Assembly (NCBI GenBank): GCA_951406725.2
Contig: OX597821.1
Span: forward strand, 35,216,001-35,280,000
Length of the DNA: 64,000 nucleotides
Reading direction: 5' to 3'
Source: Octopus vulgaris
Taxonomy: Eukaryota
How positions within the stretch are numbered: the first letter of the stretch is position 1; the number at the start of each line of letters is the position of its first letter. The position numbers were made by a program, and so were the translations under genes. Under the pieces are notes generated by a model, which made no database searches, was not told the DNA's origin, and saw nothing but the letters and a program-made list of their open reading frames with translations. Positions 38,794 to 54,213 of the stretch are shown here, piece by piece.

Positions 38794-41700
38794 ACATACA
38801 CAGAGAGAAAGAGAGACAGAGGGAGAGAGAAATGAAGAGAGAAAGAGAGAGAGACTAAGAGACGTGTGTGTGTTTGGTACACGTCTATCTCTCAGTCTCT
38901 CTCTCTCTCTCCCTGAGCTGGCCAAAGCCTTGTGAATGGACGTGACAGACGCAAACAGCTAAAAGTCAGTCGTATATAAATGGGTGTGTATGTATGTATG
39001 AATGTGTCTACGTATGCCTGTGTGTGTATGTTTGTATGTATGTATAAGTATACATCCCCAACTTTCATCACCATTGCTTCTTTTTCTTTTCTTTTCTGTT
39101 GAAGTTTTGGATTTCTTCCTTTTTATACTTTTATCTCCCTAGGGAGCTTTTTCATTTACCGTTTTCGTTTCTTTTAAATTTATTTATAGTACACCGTCGT
39201 ATTTTTTCCGCGTCTGGCTCGAAATTTTCAGTTAACATCTTAACCAATGTAAATAGATGACTCATCTATGTACTTTGATCTTTACATGGAGCCCCACAAC
39301 CGCGGAGGTCCCCTACAACCGTAGGTGTTGCAAGGACTTAGAGACGGCCCTGTGAACGCCAACACACTTTTATTTGTTTTTATATATTTGGGGCAAAGTT
39401 CGTATTTAACTTAAGTGCAGGATGTGTGCTTTACCTGCAATCCTTATTTTGTCCTAATATCGTTTACCAGCTGCTAGTTGCTACAGTCGCTGATCTCCAA
39501 GAACTGGGCACAAGAAGTGACATCTTCCACCATTTCTAGAGCTGTGATTCATTGCAAAATAGAAACTGGGACTTATTAATCATGTTGTGCTCTCGGCTAC
39601 TCTGCTACTTTTCTATCTTCACTTTTCTCATCTTGTCTGAGTACCCTCAACTGGACACAATTCTGGTTTGACCTTCCGAAATTCCAGTGTCATTTGGACT
39701 TGCAAATTCACGCCAATGCCTCCCAACAATATGTCGCCTCTCGTCATCTCTACATTAACCATCAGCCCATCAACTACATTAACCATCAACCCATGCCACG
39801 ATATAAACATATTTGACTTGGGACCCAAATGTAAGAGATGAAACGTGGGTAACCATTTCAACCTGTCTTTTTGTTCTTGGTCCTAAAATATAGTTGATAG
39901 TTCCATGAGATTTAACATTTCACTCAAAATAATTTCTATCGGTATTTCATGTGCTTCTAGTTAGACGTAAGAAGAATTAAGGTGGAATCCCTCACCATTT
40001 TTTTAAAATCACGGATAAGCTGCTTTTGTTTTTCCAATCTCTTAGATTAGATCATTCCCATGGTGTTTCCTTCATCCAGTCAATATTGTTTTCAAATTAT
40101 TATAAAATCTAAATCCTTTGTAATTGTAACAACAAAGGTAAATATTGCATTAACAGTCATTAGCATCTGTTATTTTTGTTTCTTGTAACTTACACGTTTT
40201 CGCTGTGTGGGAGTTGCTGTTACCTCTACCATTTAAAATATTTGTCAAGCCGTTCGAAACAATTCCTTTTTCATCTTAAATATTCATTTAAAGCTCATTT
40301 TCTTTGATCTATGTGTTTGCTCTCTGTTTGTGAAACGTGTTATCATTTATTTATTTTATTATTTTTTTTGGGAGATGTGGCTGATAATAATCAAAGCCAT
40401 TTTTCTGTGTTTGGGCAACGTGTAAAACTTTCACAAAAAAGAAAAACAAAACAAAACAAAAACAAAGACAAAACAAAACATAAAATTTAAAATTTCTATT
40501 TCGCTTTGTTTATTCTGTAGAAGTTACTACACGCTCATAACCCTCACAAAATTTGTGCTGCTGCTGTTGTTGTTGTTGTTATGGCCTATATTATTAATAT
40601 TTATGCTGTCGCCATGTATTATTTTATTTTTGTATTTTTCAATGTATAAAGGTTTGCATTCACAACAGTGTCTGTCCGTTAATATTATTATTGTAATAAT
40701 TTTACCTGTTAGTAATTTATAGGACTTTCATTTTCAAAATATTAAAAAAAATTTGGGTTTGTTTGTATAGTTACCAGCTTTGTAATGAGCAGCTCTTCTC
40801 CTTTACTCAGAGGAAGCCATATTAAATCGCTAGCGAACAAGCTCAGTAAATATTTCTAAAATATAATGGATTTCTGAAGATAAAACCCATTTCTGTATGT
40901 CATGGTAATATGGTAGATGTACAAATAATCTAAAGTCCTATGTTCTTTTACCTCAAGTAAAACAAAATTAGTTTCTTTTCAGATCACAAGACATCAACAA
41001 CGATATCAAAAATAACAACAACGGCAAAAACAACAGTAAGAATTATTTTTTTTATTAGTTATAATGAATGGTTATTTCCTAGGAGGCAAATTTTATTTAG
41101 CAGAAGGCTCATAATTAGCACCGAAAAAATACCTTTTCATTTTCAGAAGAAAATAAATGGCTAGTAATGTTTACTTTGAAGAGAAAAAAAATAGAAAAAA
41201 AAAGAAAAAAGAAGAAGAAAAATGTAAAGTTTTGGTGGTAAAGTTGTAAATATGACGATTATTTTGCACTAAGCTGTACTGAACTAAAAGTGAGTTTGAG
41301 GTAATTAACCGAGAAGAAAAGCTACAGACAAAATAAATGTAATGTAACAAATATATAGATTCCTTTCAAAAGTTTCCAAAAATTTAAGATGCAATTATGA
41401 AGAGAAGAGGAATAAAATAATGCCATTAAGAGAGCAAAATTTACAGTAAGAAAAATAATTATATTTCGTTTTTGTTTCTGTTTTTGTTTTTTGTTATAAT
41501 TAATACATCCTTCACTGTGTGTTTGTTGTTAACTAATTTTCCAATTTGGTAACGAACTTCTAGTCTTGTTCTTTGTCACATAGTTTTCTGTTTTTATCGC
41601 GCGCACGCCCACATACACACTCAAACACACCCACGGGCACACATGGGCACACACACATACACACAAACACTCACACACACACACACACGCATATATAAGG

Positions 41701-42777
41701 CATATGTTTTCTGTAAAAAATATTCCCGATGAATCTCTGAAATGAGATGAAAGTCGTAAATAAATATTTATCAAAAATTCTGACTATCTATATAGAAGAC
41801 AACATAGTACCGAGTCTATTATAGAAGACACTTGCCAACAAGCCTAATAATTTCTTGACATTGGGGCGCATGGTTAGGCAGATTTTGACGACGTTCCTGG
41901 TGTCTCCAAGCAATCTGTTGGCTGCGGGCAGATTCTATACCTAAGAATCTGCTAACAGACAAAGACGCATGCGCAATTACACATAGCATACAAGCAAAAC
42001 TTTCCCTAAAGCTATTGGAAGGCTATGTAATGGAAAAACAACAATATATAGATAACTAAGAATTCAATGATAGAACATTATACAGCATGCTGGCAATCCA
42101 TTATCAAATTGCTATTTATCTGTTATGTTTAAGAATTAAAACTGATATACCAAACTAGCTTATCATAGAATGAATAAATCAGGATCGTCTAAAGAAACAC
42201 TCAGCAGAAATCCATAGGCTTTTATTTGATTAGATTTTGCATACACACGCCACTTAAAAATATTTCTTGAAGCAAACTGCGAATCAGATAACAACTAATG
42301 AGCAATTGTTGATAGCTGAGCACGGGGAGAAATGCTGAATAAATATAATTAATAGCAGAGAAAATTATATCAGTATACGCCGTTTAGTTTAATTTTACTC
42401 ACGAATCGTTAACATAGATGTTATCAATAATTTCTGCTCTAGTTGTTGTCCTTGAGAGCCTCCCAAATACCTAATTAAGTTTACTAAGATTTTTAAATTA
42501 AAAGTATACCTGTTGCCTCATAGAAGCTATAAATTTTCTCCTTCAAATTATATTTTAGGAACTCACTAGTTGATGTAGGTTCAGAGTACTCTACGTCTAG
42601 AAAGTTAAACCGAATGATCAGGACTCAATGAATTAAGACTGAACGACAAAAAAAGAAGTGCCATGCAAAAATATGGCTGCAAACTGTTTTTCCTCTTACA
42701 ATACTATTAGACTACTATTACACTGTACATGCTGTGGCGACATTAAGTTTAGGATACATGATTGGACAAAAACATAA

Positions 42778-43270
<493 letters not shown>

Positions 43271-43271
43271 A

Positions 43272-43883
43272 TTCGTTTCTACTCTAAGTACAAGGCCTAA
43301 AATTTATTTTGCGGGGGCCAGTCGATTAGATCGATCTCAGTATGCAACTGGTACTTAATTTTTCAACCCCGAAATGATGAAAGGCAAAGTCGACCTCGGC
43401 TGAATTTGAACTCAGAACGTAAGAACAGATGAAATACTGCTAAGCCTTTCGCCCGGCGTGCTAACGTTTCTTATTTCTTTACTGCCATCAAAGGGCTACT
43501 CACAGAGGGGAAAAACGACAGACAAGCAGATTAAGTCGATGATATCGACCCCAGTGCGTAACTGGTACTTATTTAAACGATCCCAAAAGGATGAAAGGCA
43601 AAGTCGACCTCTGCGGAATTTGAACTCAGAACGTAGCGGCAGACGAAATACCTATTCCTTTACTATCCACAAGGGGCTACACACAGAGGGGACAAACAAG
43701 GACAGACAAACGGATTAAGTCGATTATATCGACCCCATTGCGTAACTGGTACTTATTTAATCGACCCCGAAAGGATGAAAGGCAAAGTCGACCTCGGCAG
43801 AATTTGAACACAGAACGTAGCGGCAGACGAAATACCGCTAAGCATTTCGCCCGGCGTGCTAACGTTTCTGCCAGCTTGCCGCC
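43272..43883 (-). mobile_element. SINE family A multimer (three core units, two tail types)
   Basis: Three copies of gatgaaaggcaaagtcgacctc; head ggcggcaagctggcagaaacg at 43883. Confidence 0.92.
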
Positions 43884-45827
43884 TTGTATTACATAAATAT
43901 TAAAACACGCATGGTAATTATATCAACTAAGAATTTTCACGGATATAGATTTTATGGGGGTCAGAATCATCAATGTGAGGACAGAATCATCTTGCTAGTT
44001 GCGAGTGAATTTTTGGAGATGCTTTCCATTCCTCCGGAGGTTCCCTGAAGCATGAATCTACCACGATGGATTGTCCTGGAAATAAATATAAAAAGATATT
44101 CAGTTTACGCAGATTAAAATCGCATAGTTTAATAAAGTGTTTATTCGTAGGATTTCAATAAAACTTCCACCAAGGGCAAACATAATTCAGCATAGATAAT
44201 GGGACAGCAAAAAAAAAAAAAAAAATACAAAAAGGCGTTATGTACCGTTGCTGACATGGTACAACTTCCCTGAGAAACAACTATTTTATGTTGATAATTA
44301 ATCTGCATTTTTACCTGTAATCTTAGATACACTTGGCAATAACAATCTCGAGTAACGAACAATGTGACATTCCGTTACATTTCCCCTAAAAGAAATATAA
44401 GACTTTGCTGAATCTGAAGTAACATTAAGCGACATGGTGCAAAATATGATTCGAATAATCCATGGAAACGGAACAGGAATCTTTTAATCTTCATTTTAAT
44501 ATAATTCATTTAGAATGAGTCATATGATTTATATCTGTAAAAGTGAATTAGTTGAAAAGTACAAACGAAAGCATGGTATTATATTATACAGTTTTCTAAC
44601 TGCTTACAACAATAATCTGTTTCTAGTATGAGTTATCCACTTATAGCAAAATAGACTCTGTTAAATATAGGAGAACGCTTTGACTATCGTTACGGAGCAA
44701 TGTCAATAGCAGTATACATTCTATACACATAATATTCCTTTGTCTATGTCTTAATTGGCCAAATAAATCAAATGTAATGGAAATTACAAATTTTCAAACC
44801 ATAGGGCTAATGTAGGTCAAACTACTTTCTCTCTTTCCATTAACGAATTTGTGATGTTATATTCCATTAACAGGATCGTTTATTTCCGTGATTATACGGC
44901 ATAATCAGTGGTATGTATTTTGCTACTGTATTGTGCTTACAAACAATATCGAATTGGCGTATCTTAATCCAGTTTACATTACTGCTTACATACTACATTG
45001 TAGGAACAAGAGCCCTATCTAAACAGTGGATAAACTGTGACAGGATTGTAGAATTGAAAAGTGAAGAAAGAACCCCTCTTCAACGGATTGATCTATTGCA
45101 GTTCCCTTCTCAAGTAGCCATATTTGGAGAACGTCAAATAATCTCAGGATAAATATATTTAATGCAGAGAACTAAATACATAATTAAATACACTGATGTG
45201 TGAACCGAGATTAGTTCAACAGGTATATGTTTCAATAATCTAATTTAATTATTTTATTCCAACAATATAGTTAACATTCGACAGATAGACCGACCACAAC
45301 AAGCATCCTGTTGTAGTGTTTCTGCGATTGGACATTTCATTTCGCTGATAATTTACATTATTGTTAGTTATTATCAGAACAACTTATTTTCTTAGTCACG
45401 TATTTCAAGAAGTTACAATGTTGTTGCGTCTGTCTGTGTGTTGTTTTACTTTTCAAAAAAAAATTGCGTATTAAAAAAGATATTGTCTGATAAAAAGATA
45501 ATGCTATATGTATTAGTAATGCTATAGTATTTCTCATGACATTTTCTGCAAGCTAACATATAGCTTAAGTTGAATGCCGAGAATAAAAGACTGCGTATCT
45601 CTTGGCAAAGAACAAAGTTCAACTATTTGATTTATTGGTTGACTATAAAGAAGTATGGCTGCTAAAGCTTCTGCTAGCTAACGTAAGTAAGTAAGTATGT
45701 ATGTATGTATGTATGTATGTATGTATGTATGTATGTATGTATGTATGTATGTATGTATGTATGTATGTATGTATATATGTATGTGTCTGTCTGTCTGTCT
45801 ATGAATGTATGCACGCAAGTGTATGCG

Positions 45828-45867
<40 letters not shown>

Positions 45868-45888
45868 TGCATGTGTGTACATATAAAC

Positions 45889-45932
<44 letters not shown>

Positions 45933-45970
45933 GTATATATATATGATGTAATATAATACAATATAATACA

Positions 45971-46192
45971 GGTTGTGTAAGTCAGAAGCTTGCTTCCCAA
46001 CTACATGGTTCCGGGTTCAGTCCCACTGTCTGGCACCTTGGCCAGTATCTTTTACTATAGATATATAGTAATATATATGAGACGGCTATGAAAGTACTAG
46101 GCTCACAAAGAATACGTCCTGAGGTCGAATTTTTCAACTAAAGGCGGTGCTCCAGCATGGCCGCAGTCAAATGACTGAAAGGAATAAAAGAA
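45971..46192 (+). mobile_element. SINE family B with internal deletion
   Basis: Head and tail match family B; the middle is missing. Confidence 0.8.
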
Positions 46193-46505
46193 TATATATG
46201 TATGTATATGAACACACATACGCAAATATTTCGCTTAGGCATTTCGATTATAATACCCTGATGTTAGAACTCAGCATATGTATGCTTCAGAAAAAAAAAA
46301 GCGGTCGTCGAGTAAAGAATAAAATAAGAGATTATATAAATGACAAGGGAGCGAGAAATTATATGGAATGAATTTCGTTAGCTTACAAGCGTTTCTGCTG
46401 TAAGAAACAATTCACTCATAGCTGGGTTCTTGCGTATTCCCTTAAAGCAGTAACAACTGATAATGAATCTCATTAATTTTTCGAGATCCACTGTCATTTA
46501 TATAA

Positions 46506-46576
<71 letters not shown>

Positions 46577-46625
46577 CCATCCATCCATCCATCCATCCAT
46601 CTATCCATCCATCCATCTATTTAAA

Positions 46626-46684
<59 letters not shown>

Positions 46685-46721
46685 ATATCCATCCATCCAT
46701 CCATCCATCCATCCATCCATC

Positions 46722-46813
46722 CGTCCGCCCCGTTCAGGTGGGGAACCTATACGCCAAGGAAACCGGGAAAACCGGCCCTTATGAGCTAGGCATGGCTCGA
46801 GAAGGAAAACAAC
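46722..46813 (+). mobile_element. SINE family C 3' fragment
   Basis: Matches 61058-61140 and 63868-63950. Confidence 0.88.
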
Positions 46814-47404
46814 ATTACAGTAACTGGTTTTTTCGTTGGGTAAAGACAAAGGAATATTTTTCACAGACACAAGTGAATATTATATTAAAATGTAGTTTTA
46901 CTATTCTTGAAGTCTTGACATTTAAGCAATAAGCAATAAGCAACATATTGTTATGTATAATCACATACATCAAGCGATTAATTAATTCTGTAAGTGATGT
47001 TGAATTATATTGGAATTGAGGTATTTGATGAATTAAATGATTTGCGTTTTTTTTTTTTAAATTGATTACACGAATTTGTTTAATTTGAGATAGCTAAAAT
47101 ATGAAATACTTCAAGTGTTTGATGTCGTCAGAAATAACTTTAAAAAAATCAAATATATTCTGTTTGAAATGAATGAATGTAACGTTTGGAAATGAGATTG
47201 AAGTTTCTGAAGTGGATTGATAGATTTTAACATTCTTTTGAACGCCTTGTGATGTGTTCTTAAAATTTAGCATTTGAAGAATTTCAGGAATATTTGAGTG
47301 TGATCTCAAAAGATAGGATTATTTTTTAAAAATAAAAAAAATAATCAACCGAGTAATATTCTGTATATCAACAACAATACATTACTTATAAGAAAGACTC
47401 GAAA

Positions 47405-47925
47405 ATATTACTAGCATATACAACGCTTCGGCCCTTTCCATTCTCTTCTATGGAGTAGAAATGTGAGGCATCTCGAAGGCCCTGGCAAAGATGATTGACG
47501 GTTTCGATATCAGAGCCCTGAGAGCTATAGAGAACATGAAATAGTACCATCACATTTCAAACAGAGATCTGCGTGCGCGCACGCATCAGCCAAAAGCTTT
47601 CCAGCTCATAGCCACCCGTCGCATGCGCTGGCACGGACATGTTCTCCGTCACCCGCTAGATCATCATGCCAGGACTTTACTCTCAATCGATGCAACGGCT
47701 GCGAGCTGGAAGACGTCTCGTGGCAGGCCCCACACCAGATGGTTGGAAGTGATTGGGGAAGGTTCAGAGATGGTTCGGCGTCACCTTGGAGGATACAGAG
47801 GGGCTGGCACTGGACTATCAGCGGCGGAGAGCACTGGTGGACCTGGCTGCATGATGACGTGTTTGGAACCACTGACCTGGGACTACTCCATCAAGCAAGA
47901 GAATGAAGCAAGTAAGCAAGCAAGA
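47405..47925 (+). mobile_element. RTE-clade LINE 3' end
   Basis: IYNASALSILFYGVEM*...IDGFDIRALRAI...ISNRDL...RRMRWHGHVLR...RGRPHTRW; (AAGC)n tail. Confidence 0.9.
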
Positions 47926-48189
47926 AAGCATTAAAAAAGAGTGTGTAGATATTTTATAGAGTCGCTATATATTTTAGAAATCTTTCTTCATCTAAAAATA
48001 TGACATACAAAATTCTTGTGATTGCAAAGTTCCTGTCCAAGAGAAGTTATAACTGAAAAAGTCGGTCATTCTTAATTTACATCGTATTGTTACTTCAGTA
48101 ATAATTTTTGCACCGTCAGTGTTTTTTTACTTCCTGTGTCACAAAAAAGAGGCAGTTCTCATGGCCATTGCGACCTTCCGAGACCAGTG

Positions 48190-48760
48190 AACTTAATGCA
48201 ATCAATGCTCCGTTTAAACTACTACTAGTTAATAATTGCAGGAAAGACATGAACATTGAGCGTCCCAAAGGTCCAACGTTTTGAGGGAAAACGATTACGC
48301 ATTGGGGTTAATTTGCAGCCGCGGTGGAGGCTACTTGGAAAGACGATGAATGAAGGGTGCCTAAGATGATGAAGTATGAGATCAACCAGCTCCAAGAGAC
48401 AGAAGTCATTTTAATAGCAATAGAAGAGACAGAGAACGAAACGGTAAGTCAGTGGGTGCACTCCAGCGTGTCTGTTATTTGTTGGTGATTTAATACCAAT
48501 CACTTGAGCAACCCTACAGTGGATGCGATCTCTGTGAGTTGATGCAGCACGGCCCCAAAAAGTGTGAGTATTACTCCAATGTGAACTCACTTGAGCTTTG
48601 TAGAGGAATCAACAATTGTTGGAGGCTGAACATTTTTAGGATGTGAAGAGATGGACCAGTCTTTGGGATCCAATGCTAGCTACGTGTGAAAAGGGCGAAG
48701 CCCAGAATTTAAAATGTCCGTTCAGTTATTGTGTATTCCTGGACTACATTACCTAATGTT
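48190..48760 (-). mobile_element. CR1/L2-group LINE ORF2 C-terminal remnant
   Basis: Minus frames QQLLIxLYKAQV...EYxSH..W, DRIH, LTYRFVLCLFYCY*ND (cf. LYKAQVRPxLEYxSHIW...LDRIQ...LxHRR...LFYRYYNG). Confidence 0.7.
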
Positions 48761-49133
48761 GTTATTTGTTATGTCGCGAGGACGTGATTTGAGAACTATT
48801 TAGGTATTGTTTATGGCAGACTGAGCTCCCATGTAGGGACATCTCGAAGTTGCTTGTGCAATTAACTGTATTAATATTTTAGCTGTAACACTGGGCTATT
48901 AGTTCTCTTAAGTATAAACACCACCAGTTTTTTAAAGTCTAACATGTGTCCAGACATGTCAATAATAGAAACATGTTCAGTTGACATTCGTTTTTTAACT
49001 TTATGAAAGATTTAATATATAAATGAAAAAGGGAACTACGAAGTTGAACATATATAAATATTGGTTATTGGTTATAACGACTCAAAATAAAGGTAAGACA
49101 ATAGTTGATCATATCGATCAAAAAACTTGATTA

Positions 49134-49418
49134 GATGCAGGTGTGGCTGTGCGATAAAAGTTTGTTTCCTGATCACATATTTTCCGGGTTTAGTCTTCCT
49201 GCGAAGCACCTCGGACATCTATAACCCTGGCTATAGGAGAAGACAAGTCCTTGTTTACTGTACCGCTAACGGTTCAGAGAAATGGAGATCTAAATAGAGA
49301 TCGATTGAGTAAGTACCAGGCGTAAAACCGAAAAACTGGGGATGATGTGTTCAGTGAAGATCCTCAAGAGGTACACCTACATGGCTGCCGTCCAATGACT
49401 GAAAGAATTGAAATAAAT
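49134..49418 (+). mobile_element. Degenerate SINE family B
   Basis: gcaggtgtggctgtg head; catggctgccgtccaatgactgaaa tail. Confidence 0.7.
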
Positions 49419-50232
49419 ATCTACCTCAGAAGAATAGAAATCTAAATTCACTCCACCCAAATTTGAAGTTGGAATGTAAAAGATCTTAACTAAGTGCTTC
49501 AGTACTCATTAAAAACATGCAGTTTACTAACGATCTTGCCCATTCAACATTTATATACGTGTGAAATACATTAAGGAAAAACATTGGAATCTATGCGCGC
49601 AAAAGGGGAAACAGAGTGAGAGGAATAGAAAGAAAGACAAAGAAGGAGTATCTGTTATGCACTTGTTTACGCCCGCACTTGTTCCTATGCATTGGAGTGA
49701 ATATGTGAATATTTTAGCAAACTAGCATCAGGAGAAGCATTGAAAAATTTCGTTTTTATATTGGAGCTCAGTGGTAGTTTTAATTGGACTTTTCCTTCTC
49801 CTAAAATATATGACCTAGTTTATATATTGCTTTAAACATTGAATTAGGGTATATTGTGTTGAGACTTATAAAGGCTATATTTTTAATACCAAACAGACTA
49901 AGCCTTAAACTCGAGACATTATTTCTCCCTAATCTCTCTTAATAAAATAGGAAAGCTACCAGATTCGAGTCGAACGTTCATATGTACATACATGCATACA
50001 TACATACATACGTACATACGCGTGTAGAGGCATAGTTTTTCACACACGCACACACGGACGCACATTCACACATATACAAATATATCTAAGCTTTCATTGG
50101 CCTAAACCATATCTGAATTAATTGTGCCAGCTGGTAATGTTGTTTGTAACCAATGTTGTTTGTAAATAGCTCATGTTTTGTTTCACTATAGCGCACTAAA
50201 GAAAGGAGTTGTTGATGGAAACTTATTGAGGA

Positions 50233-50265
<33 letters not shown>

Positions 50266-50513
50266 CTTGTGCATTTATGTATGAGTACGGTCACAGGTCA
50301 ACTGTGTCGCTCATTAGAAAGCTCTCATTATTCATTACGGTTCCTATAAATGTTTATGCGTTAACCTCCTGTACGTAATTTGCGTTTTTTAACTGTCAAT
50401 ATAATTCAAAGTTTGACACCAGTTTAGCTTAAGATGGATGGCAATTTAGATATTAGTACTGCATTTATAATTAACACATACGTACATGCCTACATAGGTG
50501 CATACACAAATAG

Positions 50514-50573
<60 letters not shown>

Positions 50574-50849
50574 GAAAGAAGGTTTGAAAATGCAATTTAA
50601 AAGATGTTTATTTACTTTACCAGTTTCACTCTTTGGAAAAAAGATTGTCAAAAGTAACATGTAGAAGTTTGGTTGCGTTAATTATTGGTTGTTGCAAATT
50701 GCTACATTACATATATACAGTCTTTGGTAACAGGGACATGTTAAGGACATAAAAAAGTTCAACAAGTTCCTTAAAATATTGGGCACAAAAGATTACTACA
50801 TAAATAATCGTTCTCAAGGACATGCTTAAGATAGTTTCCAGAAGGAATT

Positions 50850-51290
50850 GATATTGGTATTGTATCTGTATATTCAAACATGCACAGAATATTGGTTGAC
50901 ACAGAGTACTATAATCCATATAAATATACATTCTTTGGTGACAAGAGTATGTTGAGAATATAAAAAAGTTTAACAAGTTCATTGAAGTTCCACATTTCTC
51001 CTCCTAAAACGGACAAGTCAGTTTTAGCTTCACCACTATTATAATGTAAATCTTTTTGAACTCATAATATTCTGTGCGTGTATACTGAACTTTTTTAATA
51101 ATTCCTCCTGGAAATTATCTTGAGATGTATAATATATTTGTTGTAATCTTTTGTGCCCATTACTTCATTGAGCTTGTTAAACTTGTTAAACTTCTCAAAG
51201 CGACGAAAATATTTTGACAAATTAAAGTTATATGTTGAAGTGAATCTAACGGTTTTTGTGTTTCTTAAATGCCTTATAAACACCTTCCAC
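50850..51290 (-). mobile_element. Possible Penelope-like linker/GIY-YIG remnant
   Basis: VRFTSTYNFNL (cf. PFxxTYNP), EEKCGTS, TYSCHQRMYIYMDYSTLCQ (cf. FxCxSxNVIYxIxCxxC); very decayed. Confidence 0.3.
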
Positions 51291-51369
51291 GCTACAATTG
51301 TGTATACATACATACATACATACATATATATATATATATAAATCAACTCCGGGATTTATTTTTTTAAAG

Positions 51370-51607
51370 CCTAGTTACGGGGACGTAAACACACCAACAG
51401 CGGTTGTCAAGCGGTGATGGGGAGACAAGCACAGACACAAAGACACACACACACTCATAGACACACACACACACACACACACACAAATATACGACGGGCT
51501 TTCAGTTTCTATCTACCAAATCTATTCACAAGGCTGTAGTAGAAAACATTTACCGAATGTACCACACAATTGGACTGCAACCAAAATCATGTGACTGGGA
51601 AGCGCCT
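51370..51607 (-). mobile_element. Degenerate SINE family B
   Basis: gttacggggacgtaaacacacc...acgacgggctttcagtttc..ctaccaaatc. Confidence 0.85.
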
Positions 51608-51670
51608 ATACACACAGACACACAGATACACACAAAAACAGATGCATATGTATATATATATATATATATA

Positions 51671-52299
51671 TAGACAAACTCAAAGGTCGTAAATTACAGA
51701 GAAGAGCGACACACATAGGTCCTTTTTAATAATGACTATAATTATATATCATTCATTCAATATATGCTCCAGTTAAAGCGACTAAACCTAAACACTTGAC
51801 CACAAAAACGACCTATGTGTGTCACTCTTCTCCGTAATTTACAACCCTCGAGTTTGTTTAGAAATTAATGAATATGTATACTAGACTAAAGTAATCTATA
51901 TATTAAAATTAACTGAAATTGATGGGTGAATTGGATGCGTACGGAACCTTGTAAGCATTGATCTCGTGTTGAATTCCTAGTGGCTCCACCCAGCTTTTTT
52001 CGGTCAATTGTTTAAGTTTAGTCGCTTTACATGGATAATATATTAAATAAATAATATATAATTAAAGTTATTTTTAAAAAGGACCTATGTGTGTCACTCT
52101 TCTCCATATTTTACAAGCTTCGGGTTTCTTTAAAAATTTATAAATATATAGACTAGACTAAAATTATCTATGCATTAGAAGTGGCTGCGTAGGGAGGTAT
52201 GTAAGCATTGATTGAGGTGTTTAATTTCCAGTAGTTCGGCCCATCTTTTTGTGTCAAATCTTTAGGTTTAGTCACTTTAAATGGAGCATATATTAACTA

Positions 52300-52305
<6 letters not shown>
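51671..52305. mobile_element. Partial tandem repeat (~272-bp unit) with an inverted upstream segment, Penelope-like architecture
   Basis: 51810-52081 is similar to 52082-52305. 51671-51808 is the reverse complement of the unit junction. (TA)n on both flanks. Confidence 0.65.
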
Positions 52306-52343
<38 letters not shown>

Positions 52344-52459
52344 ATGTATGTATGTATGTATGGTGGTATTGGCGGTGTTCCAGCATCGCCACTCCGTTTG
52401 GGCTAAAACGTACAAAAGAATAACAGAAGAAAAGAATATACTATAATATTATATATCTA

Positions 52460-52539
<80 letters not shown>

Positions 52540-52623
52540 CATATATATATATATATATGTATGTATATATATATATACATATGAATATACATATATACAT
52601 ATATACATACATAAATACATACG

Positions 52624-52657
<34 letters not shown>

Positions 52658-53518
52658 TATACATATATATTAAATTTCAACTGTCATTAAATATTCATCT
52701 CTTCATTGAATGAAGTACAAATACCTAACCTCCATCGGTATATATGTGATTTGAATTTAAACAACACAGCACTTTACAATATTGTCTTGAATTATTTTAT
52801 ATAAAAATATATTCTAGCATGTAGAACAACTATCTCATTGTTATATTTATAATTATAGTAGTAGTTATTGTACCAGCAATTGTTAGTGTTGTTACTGTTG
52901 TTTTAATTCAATCTGTTTTCGCAATTAAGTTAATACATATATGTATATTTAATTACTAAAGAATTCCTGAAATAACTCCGTTCTGATTTAATAAGTTGAA
53001 TGCCAGTGAAAATGAAAAGAAGGATATAAAGAAATAGAAATGAAATAGCCTAAAGATAATTGTGATAGTATCTGTAAGGGCGGCTTATTTTGGTCGTTCT
53101 CTGCTGTTACCCATTAATGAACTATTTTTACTAATTGTAATATAATTTACATCAGGCGGAGAAACAATTTGAAAAAGGCCTGAAGACTTTTAGATTTCAT
53201 GTATGTAAAACACTGGTTTTCCTAGTGCCGAAAGCTGATATATTAATGGATTATTTACAAGCTATAAATGAGTTAACGCTAGGCGGAGAAATAGGAGGAA
53301 ACGGCCTCCATCTGCTCAGTTTAGATAATGCAATTTAGAGTGTGATGACGTTATTAGAATTAAAATATACTCCGTGACATAATTTGAATTAAAAATTTTC
53401 AGTTACAGCAACTGAAATCGGTAGTTATATGATGAATCTGATGAAAAATTTGATGTTTTGTACCATGATCTATATCGCTGTACTAGATTCATCGGAAAAA
53501 AAAACCTCATAGATTTAA

Positions 53519-53751
53519 CCCTTTAACTACGAACTTAAATTTGATGGTTCTTTCAGTTACGATGTTTAAAAAAAAATGTAGTTGATATTTTCTGCAAGCC
53601 ACGCAACCTCAATAAACTCGACATATGTCAACCAAAAATAGTTTTAAACATTACATTACTCAACACATGATAGAGTGGTACATAAAACTGTTTTCTGCCC
53701 TTAAGAATTATAAAATTTGGGAGGATATATCTCATTACCGAAGTAAAAGGG
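53519..53751. mobile_element. piggyBac-type MITE
   Basis: TTAA|CCCTTTAACTACG ... CGAAGTAAAAGGG|TTAA: TTAA duplication and imperfect 13-bp TIRs. Confidence 0.8.
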
Positions 53752-54154
53752 TTAAATAGCTACAAAAGTGTAAAGCCGATGTTTAAACAATTCATTTCCG
53801 AATCAATTGTGCCCACAAAGATATTTGACTCCTAAACAAGTCTTATATACTGAGAAAAATATTTGTCGCATCTGCTTATCCCCATCGAAACAAGGGATAA
53901 TCATCGGCTTCTCAACCGTAGATATAGTGGAATGGAACGAAGATTCATTACTTTGAGCAAAGCTATATTTGGCGTCCCCATCTTAATTAACCAGTGTGAT
54001 AGACAAAAATTTAGCAGCTCTTTACACCTGCGTAAATGCATGAGAAAGATCATGTGTGCATATATATCAGCGATGAGCATATGTGCAGGGAATTCCATAT
54101 TAAAGGTATACACCCACTCAAGTTTATCTTACACACACACATATATATACATAC

Positions 54155-54213
<59 letters not shown>

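Noticed and set aside
44874-45152. Exon-like segments and a 79-aa ORF
   Set aside because: Splicing the apparent sites gives an immediate stop, and the peptide has no recognisable motif.
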